The notes under the pieces are model-generated. The model ran no database searches, was not told where the DNA came from, and was given only the letters and a program-made list of their open reading frames with translations. Shown piece after piece: positions 12,291 through 24,440 of a DNA stretch of 64,000 nt (the stretch's first letter is position 1; the number at the start of each line of letters is the position of its first letter). A program made the translations under genes and the position numbers. Source of the DNA: Macrostomum hystrix (Eukaryota; Animalia; Platyhelminthes); the NCBI GenBank assembly GCA_950097015.1, contig CATNEN010000007.1, positions 3,410,001 to 3,474,000 on the forward strand, given 5' to 3'.

Positions 12291-12696
12291 TAAATCTAAA
12301 TGTTAGAAATTCCATGCTTGATCTCGAAGCCAACTCACTGTGCCACGCGATGGTGTCCTAGCCTGCTGCTTGACTGGCGTCAAATCTGTGTCGTCATAGC
12401 GACGCCCGCCAGCTGACAGAGCGGAACCGCTGCGCGACGCCAGATTAGAACGACTGTTTTATGGAAGGGTAGTTTGAGTCCATAGAAAAGCGTTCGGGTC
12501 GAAAGGAAATTGTTTGAGTCGTTAGAGAATTGCTTGACTCTTTGGATAAGTGTTTGAGTCATTGGATAAGTGTTTGAGTCGTCGGATAAGCATTTGAGTC
12601 GTTGAAGAATAGCTTGAGTATTTGGAGAAGTATTTGAGTCAACGGAGAATAATTTGAGTCGTTGGAGAAGCATTTCAACTCGCATTTATCCCGCAC

Positions 12697-13631
12697 CTTC
12701 TACGGCCAAGGCCGCCGCCAACTTCGTCATCCTCCTCTGAAGCCACTAGTTGAACGCCGTCGGCACCGCCAGAGTCGAACAGAGCGTCCTCTTCTGGCTC
12801 AACTGGAATATTGTTAATCAACAGTTCCACTCCGCTGTCATCGCTACCTGGCTGGGGCAGAGGCTGACCGGCCGAGTCCTTACCGTTATTAGTCATGACC
12901 AGGCTCTCATTCAGCTGTCGGATTGCATCTTCGATGCCGGCCGGGCCATCCCTGTGCTGGTGCCCGTTGGACCCGTAGACTGCTCGGCGCTTCTTAGCAA
13001 ACCGGCCGCCCCTGCCGCCGCCTCCGCCCCGGCCCCCGCCGCCGCCTCCGTTGTCCGTGTCGGAGGAATCAGCCGGCGGAAAATAAGTTAAATATTGATT
13101 ATCAGTATCGGCGTCAGCTTCGTAGGTTTGAAACAGACGATCGTAGGTTGGCCTATCAGCCGGCCTTAGCAATGGTCTCAGGTGAGAATGAGCCCTGGGC
13201 GGATCTAGCAGCAGGTGACGCAGGGCCAACACAAGGCCGCGCACATCGATTTCGCCCCTACGATATTCCTCTAGATAGTAGATGAGACTGTTGGCCTGCT
13301 CAGGTGACACAATTTCATCCGTGAGCTCAGACACCAGGCCGGCAATGTGCTGCTGCTGATCCATCATGCTAGTGACGCTCTTGTCTTGCAGTAGGAGGCT
13401 GGGCTCCGAGCGCCATCGGCCAGCCAGTGAGCTGGAGGCAGTAGTGGCCGCCTGCGAGAATAGCGAATTGGCGAATGTACTCTTGGCGTAGGGCAGTTTG
13501 CCAACACGCCGAATTGTTAATAGTAGGCGAGGCGGCGAGGATTTCAGACGGGCGACAGCTTCGGAGTGGCTTTTGTCGAGCATAGATTCGCCGTTCACTG
13601 ATAGGATCTCGTCGCCAATGCGAAGGCCGCC
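12697..13631 (-). CDS. WHRN: Whirlin-like, exon 4 (end of PDZ2, second harmonin-homology domain, low-complexity linker)
   Basis: GGLRIGDEILSVNGESMLDKSHSEAVARLKSSPPRLLLTIRRVGKLP (PDZ2) and EQANSLIYYLEEYRRGEIDVRGLVLALRHLL (whirlin HHD2 'MAYYLDEYRGGSVSVEALVMAL'). CAG acceptor at 13634-13632; best donor AG|GTGCGG at 12697/12696. Confidence 0.88.
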
Positions 13632-13754
13632 CTGGTTGTTTTTTTACCGCGATATGTTATTAGTGCATCCATGAACAGGTGTTGACATGTCTGGGGTTTC
13701 TGATATTTCCACAGTAACGAAATGAAAAAATATTATTCTTGATATAGATATTCT

Positions 13755-14240
13755 CCCAAATACAGTTATTATCCCAAATACAGGTATTATCCCAAATACA
13801 GGTATTATCCAAAATACAGGTATTATGCCAAAACAGGTATTATCCCAAATACAGGTATTATGCCAAAACAGGTATTATCCCCAAATACATGTATTATCCG
13901 AAATACAGGTAGAGCCGAAATACAGGTATTATCCCAAATACAGGTATTATCCCAAATACAGTTATTATCCCAAATACAGGTATTATCCCAAATACAGGTA
14001 TTATCCAAAATACAGGTATTATGCCAAAACAGGTATTATCCAAAATACAGGTATTATGCCAAAACAGGTATTATCCCAAATACATGTATTATCCTAAATA
14101 CAGGTAGAGCCGAAATACAGGTATTATCCCAAATACAGGTATTATCCCAAATACAGGTATTATCCCAAATACAGGTATTATCCCAAATACAGGTATTATC
14201 CCAAATACTGACATTATCCCAAATATAGGTATTACCCAAA
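13755..14240. repeat. 18-bp minisatellite (CAAATACAGGTATTATCC)n in whirlin intron 3
   Basis: Directly visible tandem array. Confidence 0.93.
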
Positions 14241-14302
14241 TACTTTCTTAAATACGCATAAATCCAAATACACATAGTGAAACATCCCCAAAAAATACTC
14301 AC

Positions 14303-14620
14303 CTGTTCAGCTGCCGAAAATGGATCCACGGCGCTAACAAAGATACCCAGACCGTAGTCGGCGCCGCCGCGAATAGAGACGCCCAGCGGCTGACCCTGCA
14401 CCAGAAGCTGCCTGACTGGCCCGCCCTCCGTGGCCTCCATCGCAGCCAGCGGGGCCGGCTCTGGTGGACTAACCGGCCTGCCCTGGGCGTCGACCCAAGA
14501 GAACTGGCGCAGCGCGGCCGGATCGCCTGGCAGGTAGGGCCGGCCGCCATTGCGCAGCGAAGCCGGCGAACGAAGCGCCAGACGAAGCGGCCGGCGCGAC
14601 TTTTGAGCCAATTTGATCAG
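14303..14620 (-). CDS. WHRN: Whirlin-like, exon 3 (end of PDZ1, start of PDZ2)
   Basis: LIKLAQKSRRPLRLALRS...FSWVDAQGRPVSPP (whirlin 'YTWVDPQGRSISPP')...PLGVSIRGGADYGLGIFVSAVDPFSAAEQ. CAG acceptor at 14623-14621, GTGAGT donor, phase 0/0. Confidence 0.92.
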
Positions 14621-14789
14621 CTGATCGGCAAGTAGAGGAGAAAGATTTGGTGTGGGCTTAATATTATCATTTATATTTATATTCGCAAGGCGGGAGTAGG
14701 CACGTAATTTTGGCGACAATTCACTCGACCCATTCAGTCCATCCGACCGCATTTAAAAGACACATATGATCGAATGATCCTACTGAGAA

Positions 14790-15510
14790 GTGCTTGAGTC
14801 GTTGGAGAAGGGTTTGAGTCGTTGGAGAAGGGTTTGAGTCATTGGAGAAGGGTTTGAGTCATTGGAGAAGGGTTTGAGTCATTGGAAAAGGGTTTGAGTC
14901 ATTGGAGAATGGTTTGGGTGGTTGGAGAAGCGTTTGGGTCGTTGAAGACGGGTTTGAGTCGTTAGAGAATGGTTTGGGTGGTTGGAGAACGGTTTGAGTC
15001 GTTGGAGAAGCGTTTGAGTCATTGGAGAATGGTTTGGGTCATTGGAGAAGGGTTTGAGTCATTGGAGAATGGTTAGGGTGGTTGGAGAAGCGTTTGGGTC
15101 GTTGAAGAAGGGTTTGGGTGGTTGGAGAAGGGTTTGAGTCGTTGGAGAAGCGTTTGAGTCATTGGAGAATGGTTTGAGTCGTTAGAGAAGGGTTTGAGTC
15201 GTTGGAGAAGCGTTTGAGTCGTTGGAAAAGGGTTTGAGTCATTGGAGAAGGTTTGAGTCATTGGAGAATGGTTTGGGTCGTTGGAGAAGGGTTTGAGTCG
15301 TTGGAGAAGGGTTTGAGTCATTGGAGAATGGTTTGGGTCGTTGGAGAAGGGTTTGAGTCGTTAGAGAAGGGTTTGAATCGTTGGAGAAGGGTTTGAGTCG
15401 TTGGAGAAGGGTTTGAGTCGATAGAAAAGTGTTTTAGTTGACAAAAAACTGTAAGAGAAGCGTTTGAGTAGATATAAAAGTGTTTGAGTCGTTGGAGAAG
15501 TGTTTGAGTC
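14790..15510. repeat. 20-bp minisatellite (GGGTTTGAGTCGTTGGAGAA)n in whirlin intron 2
   Basis: Directly visible; degenerate relatives at ~12520-12670 and ~7475-7515. Confidence 0.92.
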
Positions 15511-16074
15511 GAAAGATAAGTTCAGTCCGTTCCACTGCATTGAAAAGACACTTGATTTCATGATCCTACTGACAAGTAGGCAGCTAAGAGTTTAGATTCA
15601 AATTTTAGTGTAGCTTGTACTCGGCAATTTCACACAGGAGTGTGTATGCAATGGCGCATGCTTTTTATTATGGATCAATTATTGTTTCTACAAAACAAAT
15701 TCATATGCAAATTTAAACGAAACAAACATTTTATTAATCGGATTGCGCAAATGATAATAAGGAAATAATTGTAGCCGGCAAAACAGCCTATATAGGGACT
15801 GTCCTTTAATTAATTCAGTTAATTAATGATTCATTAGGCCTAGTTAGACCAGTGCCTTGAGGCATAAGCCACGGCAGCAGTTTTTTTTATCGACCGGCCT
15901 TGCCTATAGTTCTGGACCGGGACCAGCAAAGCATCAAACTTGCACAATAGAACGCAAACTTAGACAATGCAGATGAGAGACTTAGAACTCAAAACAATAA
16001 CACTTGCTATGCAGTAGTATTCTACCATCATATGCATAAAAGTTTATCTATAATAACTTTATTGTTGAAAGAAT

Positions 16075-16295
16075 ATTTGGGGTTAGCAGTCCTTATCAAC
16101 CTGAAAGGTCGGGGGTTCGATTCTTGAATCAACTGGAACAATTTGTGTCCTTTAGTAAGACACATAACTCTGCATTGCTTCAGTTCACCCAGCTGTTAAA
16201 TGGGTACCAGCATCAGCTGGGGTAATTGATGGTGGGTGTGGCGTCCCCCCAGTCCATGGACTGAACAGCTGTACGCAGCCTTCAGATGCGCCCCT
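16075..16295 (+). mobile_element. tRNA-derived SINE with CORE-like central domain
   Basis: B-box GGTTCGATTC followed by tgtgtcctttagtaagacacataactctgcattgcttcagttcacccagctgttaaatgggtacc, which resembles the CORE-SINE domain. A closely similar copy lies at 40127-40315 (-) and a head-containing copy at 41774-41894 (-). Confidence 0.7.
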
Positions 16296-16496
16296 CAAGA
16301 GCTGCGGGCTGTGCTGTCGGCTGGTAAAAAATCTCGATCTCGATCAGGTAAAAAAATTATTCTGATAAGGATAATAGTACAGGCCTTTACTGAAATAACA
16401 GTATTACTGACAACCTATATTTAATTAGTTTTCAAGATGCTAATCTGTCCAATAGATTCCAAGAAGCCAATAACTCAGCCATTGACAAGAACTCAC

Positions 16497-16768
16497 TGCC
16501 ACAGCATCTCCGTGAGTCAGGCCCGAGGCCGAAGCGTCATCGACTCCGACCAGTTCGTCGCCGACTCGCAATCCGCGCCTGTCAGCCTCGGAGTCTTCAA
16601 CTACGGCGGACACGTAGAGGCCAACGCCGTGCTCTGCGCCGCCGCGCAATGAGAAACCGAAGCCGCTGCGCTCGTTGGGCATTAGCTCCGTGCTGCGGAC
16701 TGGGCGGGACTTGCCACCGCCGCCGCCAACGCTGCTGGCACCGCCACCATTGCTGACAGCGCGAGGCC
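16497..16768 (-). CDS. WHRN: Whirlin-like, exon 2 (PDZ1)
   Basis: SGFGFSLRGGAEHGVGLYVSAVVEDSEADRRGLRVGDELVGVDDASASGLTHGDAVA is a PDZ1 signature. TAG acceptor at 16771-16769 (phase 1), GTGAGT donor at 16496 (phase 0). Confidence 0.92.
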
Positions 16769-16834
16769 CTATGAGAACCGATCATGTGTTAGCAAAATTT
16801 AGGCCTTCGAATACTCTCACTTTAATTTAAATAG

Positions 16835-17345
16835 ACACTCCAGATTCTGATAATTTCACTCCCGATTCCAATAATGTCACACCCGATTCCAATAACTTCA
16901 CACCCGATTCCAATAACTTCACACCCGATTCCAATAATGTCACACCCGATCCCAATAATGTCACACCCGATTCCAATAATGTCACACCCGATTCCAATAA
17001 TGTCACACCCGATCCCAATAATGTCACACCCGATTCCAATAATGTTACTCCCAATAATGTCACACCCGATTCCAATAACTTCACACCCGATTCCAATAAT
17101 GTCACACCCGATTCCAATAATGACACACCCGATTCCAAAAATGTCACACCCGATTCCAATAATGTCACACCCGATTCCAATAACTTCACACCCGATTCCA
17201 ATAATGTCACTCCCGATTCCAATAACTTCACACCCGATTCCAATAACTTCACACCCGATTCCAATAATGTCACTCCCGATTCCAATAATTTTTATGGAAC
17301 TTTCACTACTATTCGAATATAAATTTCACTCTGGATCCCAATAAT
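16835..17345. repeat. 21-bp minisatellite (TCACACCCGATTCCAATAATG)n in whirlin intron 1
   Basis: Directly visible; degenerate copies continue to ~17460. Confidence 0.93.
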
Positions 17346-17532
17346 GTAACACCCGTTTATAATAAATGTCACTGTCGATTTGAAAAAGGCCATTATAGAT
17401 TCTAACTAATATCACTTCCGATTCTGTGAATTTTCACTCCCGATTCTAATAATGTCACTCGCAATATCTAGGTTATTCCTGATTATGACTGATTTCGCAA
17501 ATTCAATTTCAAACAGAATTTCATTGACTTAC

Positions 17533-18004
17533 CACGTCCGCCAAGACTACTCCCGCCGCTGCTAAGACGATTTCTGCGCTTCGGCTGCTGCTGCTGCTGC
17601 TGCTGAGATGCCGGTCGCATTAATGGCAAAAAGTCCTGATTTTCGCACAGGTGGCGAAAGCGTTTCTGATCGCCGCGCGGCAGAGCCGTAGCCAGCAGCG
17701 GCACAAGCTCCGGCCGATCGCTAATGTACGGTCCCAACCTGTGGACGAGAGTTGTCACGTCGCGATCTCGCTGGTAGTGGCTCAGGATGCTAGTGATGAG
17801 GATGCGATCGCCCTGACCAAAGGCGCTCTCCAAATAAGTCTGGATCTCCTGAACCAGTGGATTGCCAGACGCAGCCGATGCCGCGCTTGTCTGGCTTTGA
17901 ATGGCGCCATTGGCCCCGCTGGCGCTTCGCAATTCGATAGTTGCTGACGATGAGGAAGCCAGTGCTGACTTACGCCGGGCTGCAGAAATCATGGCGAGTG
18001 GCAT
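17533..18004 (-). CDS. WHRN: Whirlin-like, exon 1 (N-terminal harmonin-homology domain)
   Basis: ILSHYQRDRDVTTLVHRLGPYISDRPELVPLLATALPRGDQKRF resembles whirlin HHD1 'LNAYHARRNVFDLVRTL...LLPMLRLVIPRSDQLLF'. Donor G|GTAAGT at 17533/17532 is phase 1 and matches exon 2. Confidence 0.85.
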
Positions 18005-19120
18005 CTGGTGAACCCACCCTGAAGGCTGACTGAACGCTCAATGACCAATCTGGGGTACTAACGAAGCTTGAGTCTTTGAGCTGTGCTCACTGTCTCTCTC
18101 TCTCTCTTTTACTTAAAACCACTAGAAGTAAAATAGAAGCCTAGCATTCTATGATGGCCGACACGAATTATTGATGCATTTCTAGTGAGCAGTGATCACG
18201 TGATTTTTGCAGGGGAACAGAGAGAGGGGAAATCTGAATCAGGACTTGGATTAGTGGATTTCAAGTAAACTAGAGTGAAGCTGCTGGGCTAGCTAACTAT
18301 ATACATAATTAAGTGGCCTACGCCTCTGCGCTCAGTTCCTATTGGTTCAAACAATTTCACCGATTTTAAGAGCTAAAAGTGACACTACAATCTAATGTAA
18401 TCGTGTGCTGTTAATTAATGATGATAGCTACTACTGATAGTAATATATTAGACATTTTTGTGCAAACTAAGCTAATATATACTTTGTATTTATGTTAAGT
18501 CATGCTCCATTGTTTCACATTGCATTCACATAAAGAATAGACAAAGGGAAAGAAATTACCCAATAAAAAAACTATTAAAATTAAAGTTATAATACTTAAA
18601 AACTGATGTTCTTAGAGTTTGTAATAAATGGTCAATGATACTTCAGGTTTATAGGATATAGAAATAAGTAAATATTTGCTTGGTATTTCTTTCTTTCAAA
18701 ATGTTCAAATAAATTGCCATAGGCTACAAACCTTGGTTAATTTGAAACCTAAGCCCCTGCCTAGGTATTGTGGAAAATTTGACACAATATAAAACAGGAC
18801 TAAGTTACTAAGTGTCTAGAATTCTTTTAATTAGTAACTTTGCTAGGTCAAAAGATTTATTTTCAATACCAAAACTAGCCATATACAATTACAAAGGTCT
18901 ACTTATCTCACCTCTTGAAAATTAAAAAAATATTACATAATAAGTAAACAAGAAAATTAATTACACCTGACTGTCCTGCTTTGATTAGACGACAATGCTA
19001 CAACTGCCTTTAATTACCTACTATTGATGTTGGAAAAAGTCTTTCAAATATTTTTAATTACAAACAAAGCAGAGCAATATAAATAGTCAAAAAAAATATT
19101 TCAAATACATGCCCCTAAAG

Positions 19121-19647
19121 CAGAGGTCGGCAAACTTATTAGCTAGTGAGCCAAAAAGAGAACCTAAAAGACGATAGCTGGCCAAATTGACTGTAGAAAT
19201 ATGAGAAAAGGGAGAGAAGACTCAGGAGAGATGAGACAGCGGAGAGATGGCACACAGGAGAGATGAGACTGAGGAGAGATGAGATATGGGAGGGATAAGA
19301 CACAGAAGAGATGAGAAATGGGAGAGATGAGACAACGGAGAGATGAGACAACGGAGAAATGAGACGCGGGAGAGATGAGACACTGGAGAGATTAGAAGGC
19401 AGAGAGATGAGATGGTGGAGAGATAAGATAGCGGAGAGATGAGACGCGGGAGAGATTAGATAGCGGAGACATGAGACAGTAGAGAGATAAGACATGGGAG
19501 GGATAAGACATAGAAAATATGAGACACGAGAGACAAGACAGGGTAAAGATGAAACAGGATACTGTAAGTGTTGGAAGGGGCAACGGGCTGGATTTGAGAG
19601 CTTCGAGGGCCGCATCTGGCCTACCGGCCAGAGTTTGCCAACCCCTG
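19121..19647. mobile_element. hAT (Charlie-like) non-autonomous element/MITE with an internal degenerate tandem array
   Basis: TIRs CAGAGGTCGGCAAACT ... AGTTTGCCAACCCCTG (14/16). 8-bp flanks ccctaaag / cattaaag (6/8, decayed TSD). Subterminal gggccgcatctggcc motif. Internal (GGAGAGATGAGAC..)n at ~19205-19550. Confidence 0.75.
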
Positions 19648-20701
19648 CATTAAAGTGTAATGCAACAAATATTTCTTCATCATGACAGCCAAATAATGTG
19701 CAACTAGCAAGCACCAGTACAGCCATGGTTACAACCCCTCTGCCTCTATCTAGTTTAAGTGGGGTGGGTATACTTAGCCAGCCAACTTTATAAGCTAGTG
19801 AGTTTGCAAAAGTTCTTATACCACTTTCTCATACATTTACCTAGGCCCCACTATTATTCTATATGTACAACACCTTTGCTACCACTACAACTCTTAAACA
19901 GAAAGGCCTTCCACCTTATTATGCTTAATAGATTTCCTTGGGTGCATATTTTACATATCTTGATTCAATAAAATAGGTAAATATCGATGCATACAATATA
20001 TAACAATACAAATAAGCCCTGGGCCACCATATATAGCTATTTTAATTATAAATACACTATTATAATTCAAGTTGAATAGTTTTATAGCTACAAAGCTTAG
20101 TAAATTATAGGCCAATTTTATTTTTTTCATTTTTATTGGTCAATTTGGTTCAGTTTGTAAGGTGAAGGTTCAAAAGAAGCATTTAGCTTTGTGAATTAGC
20201 AACATAACTATATATTTTTAAGCTTTGAGATATAATATGTTATCTTCCCGATACTATAGTAGTGTAGTAGTGAATCAAATCCTAAATATTCAATACTGGT
20301 CCATAAACTTGTATTTCATGATTTCATAAATCATGATCAAGACTGCAAATTAGAAAGCTATAACCACACTTGGCAGGCCCAGAAAATTAACATTTGTTGA
20401 TGCTGGATACAAAATAGTCTTGTCTATAGAATAGAAAACAAATAAAAATGATAAGACTATCATATATAATTTCTAAGTTATAGACATAAGAAAATATATT
20501 TGCTGCAGTAAAATATGTAAAAACGACTAGGCCTACTAATTACAATGACAAACTTATTCAATTAATTACGATACAACCCATTGCAATATTTCAAGGGTTA
20601 CAATTATGGTAGAGAATATTTTATCAATAAGTATTAAAACTATGTTTGCATTATCTATTCAACGCTGCAATTCCTACAGATTCATAACTTTAAGATAACT
20701 A

Positions 20702-23700
20702 CTAGCAAGTTTTGCCCCCCTTCGGGGAGCAGAAATACTTTTAATTCGTCTAGTATATACTTTTTAGCAGCTGAATTTACAGCTTTTTAAAGCTACAATG
20801 AACCCCCAGTTGACAATGATCCCCCAGTTGACAATGAACCCCCAGTTGACAATGAACCCCCAGTTCACAACGATCCCCCAGTTGACAATGGTCCCCCAGT
20901 TGACAATGATCACACAGTTGACAATGATCCCCCAGTTGACAAAGATCCCCCAGTTCACAATGATCCCCCAGTTGATGATGATCCCCCAGTTGATGATGAT
21001 CCCCCAGTTGAAAATGATCCCCCAGTTGACAATGATCCCCCAGTTGAGAATGATCCCCCAGTTGACAATGATCCCCCAGTTCACAATGATCCCCCAGTTG
21101 ATGATGATCCCCCAGTTGATGATGATCCCCCAGTTGAAAATGATCCCCCAGTTGACAATGATCCCCCAGTTGAGAATGATCCCCCAGTTGACAATGATCC
21201 CCCAGTTGACAAAGATCCCCCAGTTCACAATGATCCCCCAGTTGATGAAGTCTCCCCATTGATGATGATCCCCAGTTAACAATGTTCCTCCAGTTGACAA
21301 TGTTCCCCCATTGATGATGATCCCCAGTTGATGATGATCACCCAGTTGACAATGTTTCCCCAGTTGACAATGATCCCCCAGTTGATGATGATCACCCAGT
21401 TGACAATGATCCCCCAGTTGACAATGAACCCCCAGTTGACAACGATCCCCCAGTTGACAATGATCCCCCAGTTGACAATGATCCCCCAGTTGACAATGAT
21501 CCCCCAGTTAACAAAGATCCCCCAGTTCACAATGATCCCCCAGTTGATGAAGTCTCCCCATTGATGATGATCCCCAGTTAACAATGTTCCTCCAGTTGAC
21601 AATTTTTCCCCAGTTGACAATGATCCCCCAGTTGATGATGATCACCCAGTTGACAATGATCCCCCAGTTGACAATGAACCCCCAGTTGACAACGATCCCC
21701 CAGTTGACAATGATACCCCAGTTGACAATGATCCCCCAGTTGACAATGATCCCACAGTTGACAATGATCCCCCAGTTGACAAAGATCCCCCAGTTCACAA
21801 TGATCCCACAGTTGACAAAGATCCCCCAGTTCACAATGATCCCCCAGTTGATGAAGATCCCCCAGTTGATGATAATCCCAAGTTGATGATGATTCCCCAG
21901 TTGACAATTATCCCCCAGTTGACCATTACCCCCAGTTGACAATGATCCCTTAGTTCACAATGATCCCCCACTTGACAATGATCCCCCAGTTCACAATGAT
22001 CCCCCAGTTGATGAAGTCTCCCCATTGATGATGATCCCCAGTTAACAATGTTCCTCCAGTTGACAATGTTTCCCCAGTTGACAATGATCCCCCAGTTGAT
22101 GATGATCACCCAGTTGACAATGATCCCCCAGTTGACAATGAACCCCCAGTTGACAACGATCCCCCAGTTGACAATGATACCCCAGTTGACAATGATCCCC
22201 CAGTTGACAATGATCCCACAGTTGACAATGATCCCCCAGTTGACAAAGATCCCCCAGTTCACAATGATCCCACAGTTGACAAAGATCCCCCAGTTCACAA
22301 TGATCCCCCAGTTGATGAAGATCCCCCAGTTGATGATAATCCCAAGTTGATGATGATTCCCCAGTTGACAATTGTCCCCCAGTTGACCATTACCCCCAGT
22401 TGACAATGATCCCTTAGTTCACAATGATCCCCCACTTGACAATGATCCCCCAGTTGACAATGATCCCACAGTTGACAATGATCCCCCAGTTGACAAAGAT
22501 CCCCCAGTTCACAATGATCCCCCAGTTGATGATTATCCCCCAGTTGATGATGATCCCCAGTTGATGATGATCACCCAGTTGACAATGATCCCCAAGTTGA
22601 CCATTACCCCCTAGTTGACAATGATCCCCCAGTTCACAACGATCCCCCAGTTGACAATGATCCCCCAGTTGACAATTATCCTCCAGTTTACCAAGATCCT
22701 CCAGTTGACGATTATCCCCCAGTTTACCTTGATCCCCATTTTGATGATGACTCCCCAGTTGACGTTGATTTTTCAAACGCTGGGTTAGCCAAGATTCAAA
22801 CTCAGGTTTCGCCATGTTTTAAACCCTGGTGGGCTATGATTCAAACTCTCGTTTTACCATGATTCAAACTCTAATTTAGCTATGATTCAAACTCTGGTTT
22901 AGCCATGATTCAAACTCTGGTTTAGCCATGATTCAAACTCTGGTTTAGCCATGATTCAAACTCTGGTTTAGCCATGATTCAAACTCTGGTTTAGCCATGA
23001 TTCAAACTCTGGTTTAGCCATGATTCAAACTCTGGTTTAGCCATGATTCAAACTCTGGTTAAGCCATGATTCAGACTCTGGTTTAGCCATGATTTAAACT
23101 CTGGTTTAGCCATGATTCAAACTCTGGTTTTGCCATGATTCAAACTCTGCTTTTGCCATGATTCAAGCTCTGGTTTAGCCATGATTCAGACTCTGGTTTA
23201 GCCATGATTTAAACTCTGGTTTAGCCATGATTCAAACTCTGGTTTAGCCATGATTCAAACTCTGCTTTAGCCATGATTCAGACGCTGGTTTAGCCATGAT
23301 TCAGACGCTGGTTTTGCCATGATTCAAGCTCTGGTTTAGCCATGATTCAGACTCTGGTTTAGCCATGATTCAAACTCTGGTTTAGCCATGATTCAGACTC
23401 TGGTTTAGCCATGATTCAAACTCTGGTTTAGCAATGATTCAGACGCTGGTTTAGCCATGATTCAGACGGTGGTTTTGCCATGATTCAAGCTCTGGTTTAG
23501 CCATGATTCAGACTCTGGTTTTGCCATGATTCAAACTCTGGTTTAGCCATGATTCAGACTCTGGTTTAGCCATGATTCAAACTCTGGTTTAGCCATGATT
23601 CGGACTCTGGTTTAGCCATGATTCAAACTCTGGTTTAGCAATGATTCAGACTCTGGTTTTGCCATGATTGAAGCTCTGGTTTAGCCATGATTCAGACTCT

Positions 23701-24440
23701 GGTTTAGCCATGATTCAGACTCCAGTTTAGCCATGATTCAGACTCTGGTTTAGCCATGATTCAAGCTCTGGTTTAGCCATGATTCAGACGCTGGTTTAGC
23801 CATGATTCAAGCTCTATTTTTGCCATGATTCAAACTCAGGTTTGCTATGATTTATGATATTTTATTTACGAAATGAAAAAAAAAATCAAAATAATCTTCA
23901 ATCACTACTGGCTGAAAATTAGTCTAAATGATTTGACGCAGTGCAGAATCGAACCCTAGCCTAGCCTATAACCTATTCCTAGTGCCTACACATCGGCTAT
24001 TCCGACTGTTGGTTGGTGGGTGCAAAAATCAGCCTTATAAAATGAATTCTCAAAGTTCTGGCTTTGTACAATGAAGTGAGAAAATAGAGTACACTCAGTC
24101 TCGCGGTTGGTTGTGTACATTGATTTCAAATTTGTCTCCAGAGTGCAGGCTTCTAACTCAGTCAGCGAGGGGGTGTTGCGCAATTTGACGATGCAATTCC
24201 AATTCAGCGGCAGTGAGTAAAATTCTCAATAGGCCAAGATGGTTTGACCTTTGAAAAATCATGTTTTTCGAATATTTAATCCCTTTAGCAATAAAGTTAG
24301 GCTTAATAAAAATACGTGTAAAATTGTCCCCATATTTGGCATCTTTTGGTGAAGAAATGGTGAAAATCGGTTGAGCCGTTCGGAAGAAAATCAATTACAA
24401 CCAACCAACCAACCAACCATTTCATTTTTAGTATAGTGGA
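20702..24440 (-). mobile_element. Non-autonomous Helitron-like element, copy 2 (3.7 kb), inverted relative to copy 1
   Basis: On the minus strand: A|TCCACTATACTAAAAATGAA ... hairpin gctccccgaaggggggc ... CTAG|T, a canonical A/T insertion without TSD. Unique segments align with copy 1. 18-bp array at ~20795-22770 and 23-bp array at ~22850-23840. Confidence 0.87.

Noticed and set aside
16095-16115. tRNA-like B-box GGTTCGATTC (also at ~8906, ~40290 and ~41840)
   Set aside because: No complete cloverleaf; these are SINE heads or chance matches inside the Helitron-like element, not tRNA genes.
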